Shown here piece by piece: positions 61,227 through 64,000 of a DNA stretch of 64,000 bases; position 1 is the stretch's first letter, and every line of letters begins with the position of its first letter. Below the pieces are notes generated by a model. It worked only from the letters and a program-made list of their open reading frames with translations. It made no database searches and was not told the origin of the DNA. The stretch is from positions 19,181 through 83,180 of the forward strand of contig PHET01000002.1 in NCBI GenBank assembly GCA_002841275.1. The letters are read 5' to 3'. The DNA is from Actinobacteria bacterium HGW-Actinobacteria-7. GTDB lineage: Bacteria > Actinomycetota > Coriobacteriia > Anaerosomatales > PHET01. Position numbers and translations under genes: made by a program.

Positions 61227-62000
61227 CTACTCGTCGGCCTCCACCAGGGCCGCCTGCCGCTGTTCCTTGATCTTCTTGGCGAACACGAACCGTGCCAGCG
61301 CGAGACTTGCCTCATAAAGCACGACCAGCGCGCCGCCCAAAGCACCCATGGTGACCGGAGACCAGTCAGGCGTAGCCACGGCGGCTACCACAGCGAGCAC
61401 GGTGTAGACGTAGCGCCAGCTTTCGCGGAGCTTGCTGTACGGAATCAGGCCCAACCCGATCGAATAGAACACCACGATGGGTACCTCGAATGCGATGCCG
61501 AACCCGACGAACAGCAGCCCGATTCCGGTGAGAAAGCGATCCGCCGCGGGCACGACCTTCACCAAGTTTCCGCCCTGGGCGAACATGAACTGGAACGCTG
61601 GCTTCATGATCACGTAGTAGGAGAAGCCCGCCCCTCCCAGGAACAGGATGACCGAGGCCGCGAACGTGGGCACGAACCAGCGCCGCTCCTTGGGCTTGAG
61701 GGCCGGGAGGAAGAACGCCATGATCTGCCAGATCACGATCGGGCTGAACACGACGATCGAGGCGAACAGCGCCACCTTGAAGCGGAACGTAAACGATTCG
61801 AACGGCCCAAAGACATTGAGCTGGCCACCGGGAAGCATCGCCTTGATCGGCGCGAGAACCCACGCGAGAATCGACGTGTAGAACGGGTCGAAATACAGAA
61901 TCGACGACCCTACGACCAGCGTGATCATGATGATGACGAGTCTCTGCCGTAGCTCGGCTAGATGCTGGAAGAACGGAAGGCGCTTAGGGGAGATAGGCAT
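61227..62000 (-). CDS. tatC: Twin-arginine translocase TatC
   Basis: HLAELRQRL, WQIMAFFLPAL..E, FGIAFEVP, TPD, LYE. Confidence 0.95.
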   Translation of the reverse strand: MPISPKRLPFFQHLAELRQRLVIIMITLVVGSSILYFDPFYTSILAWVLAPIKAMLPGGQLNVFGPFESFTFRFKVALFASIVVFSPIVIWQIMAFFLPALKPKERRWFVPTFAASVILFLGGAGFSYYVIMKPAFQFMFAQGGNLVKVVPAADRFLTGIGLLFVGFGIAFEVPIVVFYSIGLGLIPYSKLRESWRYVYTVLAVVAAVATPDWSPVTMGALGGALVVLYEASLALARFVFAKKIKEQRQAALVEADE

Positions 62001-62015
62001 AGTGTGTGCCGAGGA

Positions 62016-62315
62016 CTACTCCTCGTCTTCCTCCTCGTCGTCTTCCTCGGTTGAAGCCCAGATCGTGGCGGCCTTGGTCGCCTGCTGGACCTCTTCCTTG
62101 ATTTCCACGTGATCGTTCGCTGCGGCACGATCGTTGTCGGCTGAAGGCGAGTAGACCTCGGCGCGGATGACGCGCTCCATGTCCTCTTGGGCGCGCTTGA
62201 ACGTGCGCATCGCCTTGCCCAACATACGGCTAAGCTCAGGCAGCTTGTCGGGCCCGAACACGATCAGCACGAACGCGACGATGATAAGCAGCTCAAAGCC
62301 ACTGATTCCGAACAC
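62016..62315 (-). CDS. tatB: Twin-arginine translocase TatB/TatA-family subunit
   Basis: MFGISGFELLII...FGPDKLPE, amphipathic helix, acidic tail. Confidence 0.85.
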   Translation of the reverse strand: MFGISGFELLIIVAFVLIVFGPDKLPELSRMLGKAMRTFKRAQEDMERVIRAEVYSPSADNDRAAANDHVEIKEEVQQATKAATIWASTEEDDEEEDEE

Positions 62316-62399
62316 AGACCCACCTTCTCGTGAGAACTGACGGCGACGTACAAGAGAGACGTCGTCCGCGAGCGGTACCTGCCGCCTACGATACGAAGT

Positions 62400-62735
62400 C
62401 TAGAAGCGCTGCGCCTCTTCCCCGTCCGAGAAGATCGGAAAGACCTTGTCGAGGCCGGTGATACGGAAGATCTTGAGGATGTTCTCCTTGGTGCAGATAA
62501 TGCGCACACCGCCATCACGTTCGCGTGCTCTGCGCAGAGCGCTCACCAACACGCCCAGCCCTGAGCTGTCAACGAAGCCGACGCCCTCCATATTCAGCAC
62601 CAGCTGGTTGCATCCGCTGTCGAGGCGAGCGACAAGCTCTTCTTTGAGTCGTGGTGCGCTGTAGACATCGAGCTCACCTTTGATGACAACGGTACAGACA
62701 TCGCCTTGCGAGTCACTTGTTATCTCGAGCTCCAT
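62400..62735 (-). CDS. STAS anti-sigma factor antagonist (BldG/RsbV-like)
   Basis: GELDVYSAP, FVDSSGLGVL (phosphorylatable Ser), ILKIFRITGL.KVFPI. Confidence 0.92.
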   Translation of the reverse strand: MELEITSDSQGDVCTVVIKGELDVYSAPRLKEELVARLDSGCNQLVLNMEGVGFVDSSGLGVLVSALRRARERDGGVRIICTKENILKIFRITGLDKVFPIFSDGEEAQRF

Positions 62736-62887
62736 GCGGTATGCACTCCTCGGACTCGGGGACGGTGCTAAGGATTGTACCGCTCGCCGTCTACCCTGAC
62801 CACTTGATATCCCAGCGTGATTCTGATGTGCCGACTCCGGCCAGAAACGGGTACCATCTAACCAGCTCCCGGACGAGGAAGGACAAC

Positions 62888-63238
62888 ATGGCTCTCACCA
62901 TAGACCTCACCCAAGAGCCCACTCACTGGCTGATTGCCCTTGATGGCGACTTGGACTACGGAGAATGTGCAACGTTCAGACTGAGTATCGACAGCGTTCT
63001 CAAGTCGATGCCGCCGGCTACGATCGTCGACCTCTCCCAGCTGGAGTACTTGGACAGCTCGGGACTCGGACTATTGCTCTCGCTTTCCAAGGAGTACGGG
63101 TCGCAAGGCGGAAACCTCATACTCGTCACCAACGAGACGGTCGACAATATCTTGTCGCTGACCCGCCTGAACGGGATCTTCTCCACCGCGCCCACGCTCG
63201 ACGAGGCTCTCCTCATGACCGGTGTCGATCTGATCTGA
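62888..63238 (+). CDS. STAS anti-sigma factor antagonist
   Basis: GGAAGGA RBS; GDLD, DLSQLEYLDSSGLG, LTRLNGIF. Confidence 0.88.
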   Translation: MALTIDLTQEPTHWLIALDGDLDYGECATFRLSIDSVLKSMPPATIVDLSQLEYLDSSGLGLLLSLSKEYGSQGGNLILVTNETVDNILSLTRLNGIFSTAPTLDEALLMTGVDLI

Positions 63239-63263
63239 TCCACCCACAGCTTCGATTGCACGC

Positions 63264-63293
63264 AAAACGGGCGCCTCGACGAGGCGCCCGTTT
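63264..63293. terminator. Bidirectional intrinsic terminator between convergent genes
   Basis: aaaacgggcgcctc-gac-gaggcgcccgttt, with short T-tracts on both strands. Confidence 0.8.
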
Positions 63294-63317
63294 GATTACT
63301 GACTGCAGCAGAGTGGA

Positions 63318-63983
63318 CTACGGCGTGCTTGTGGTCGCCGCGCTCTTCTTCAACGTGTCGATCTGGGACCTGGCGAAGTCCGGGCTGCCGCCGGTCGCGC
63401 CCTTGGGATCGAGTTTGAGGTACTGCTCGAACGCATTGATCGCCTTGGCGGGCTCGCCGACCGTCTGATAGAAGATGGCCACATTGAACCAGGCCGGGCT
63501 GAACGTCGCGTCCTTCTTGAGAACTGCTTCGCCGACCTCGATCGCCTTGTTCGAGTCGCCGGTGTAAAACAGCGTGATCGCGTAGTCCACCTGGACGGTC
63601 GACTCGTCCGGGTTGACCGCAACCGCACGTGCGTACGCATCCTTCGCCGCGGACCACAGAGGAAGATCCGCGCCCATGGTGGACGTGGAATTCTGGCTCG
63701 CCTGCTGCTTCTGAACCGCCCAATCGAAGTACACATTGCCAAGCGACACAAGCGCGGTGTAGCTCGTCGGGTCGCTTTGCAGCAGACTCGTCAACGACGC
63801 GACCTGCGGCTGGAACTGCGCATCAAGCGAGGTCGCCGTGGGTGCCGTAGCGGTGTTCTTTGGAGCCTGGAACGCCTGCCAAGGGTTGGCAGAAAGAGCA
63901 ACGAACGACAGAACGAACGCTACGATCAGGATGATGAGCGTCACACGTACCCATGGCGCCGTATTCGACTTATCGATTGCCAC
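63318..63983 (-). CDS. Membrane-anchored tetratricopeptide-repeat protein
   Basis: N-terminal TM; ALVSLGNVYFD, AWFNVAIFY, AINAFEQYLKLDP TPR-like helices. Confidence 0.85.
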   Translation of the reverse strand: MAIDKSNTAPWVRVTLIILIVAFVLSFVALSANPWQAFQAPKNTATAPTATSLDAQFQPQVASLTSLLQSDPTSYTALVSLGNVYFDWAVQKQQASQNSTSTMGADLPLWSAAKDAYARAVAVNPDESTVQVDYAITLFYTGDSNKAIEVGEAVLKKDATFSPAWFNVAIFYQTVGEPAKAINAFEQYLKLDPKGATGGSPDFARSQIDTLKKSAATTSTP

Positions 63984-64000
63984 CTGACTGTCTCCTTGGC

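Overview
High-GC, gene-dense core-chromosome segment, almost entirely on the minus strand. It most likely comes from an anaerobic Actinomycetota bacterium (Coriobacteriia-like; inferred from gene order and content). It follows the actinobacterial backbone argS-lysA-hom-thrB-rho-rpmE-prfA-prmC-tsaC-glyA-upp-wecA-atpIBEFHAGDC-murA, plus an 11-subunit complex I-like operon (nuoA-D,H-N, no nuoEFG), tRNA-Thr(CGT), ricT-holB-tmk, mdh/fumarase, topA, hypAB-tatBC and two STAS proteins. I saw no CRISPR array, transposase, integrase or prophage. Four things stand out. (1) An archaeal-type cyclic 2,3-diphosphoglycerate (cDPG) module (pgk2 + cpgS) is translationally coupled to a metallophosphoesterase, a candidate cDPG hydrolase. 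(2) A lipoprotein thioredoxin missed by the ORF track has an in-frame UGA in a UxxC motif followed by a SECIS-like hairpin, so it is a probable selenoprotein. (3) An archaeal-looking topoisomerase I sits at the normal topA locus. (4) NuoM, ATP synthase subunit c and a nitrilase-fold protein show unusual changes at key residues. All family assignments come from motif recognition by eye; no database searches were run.
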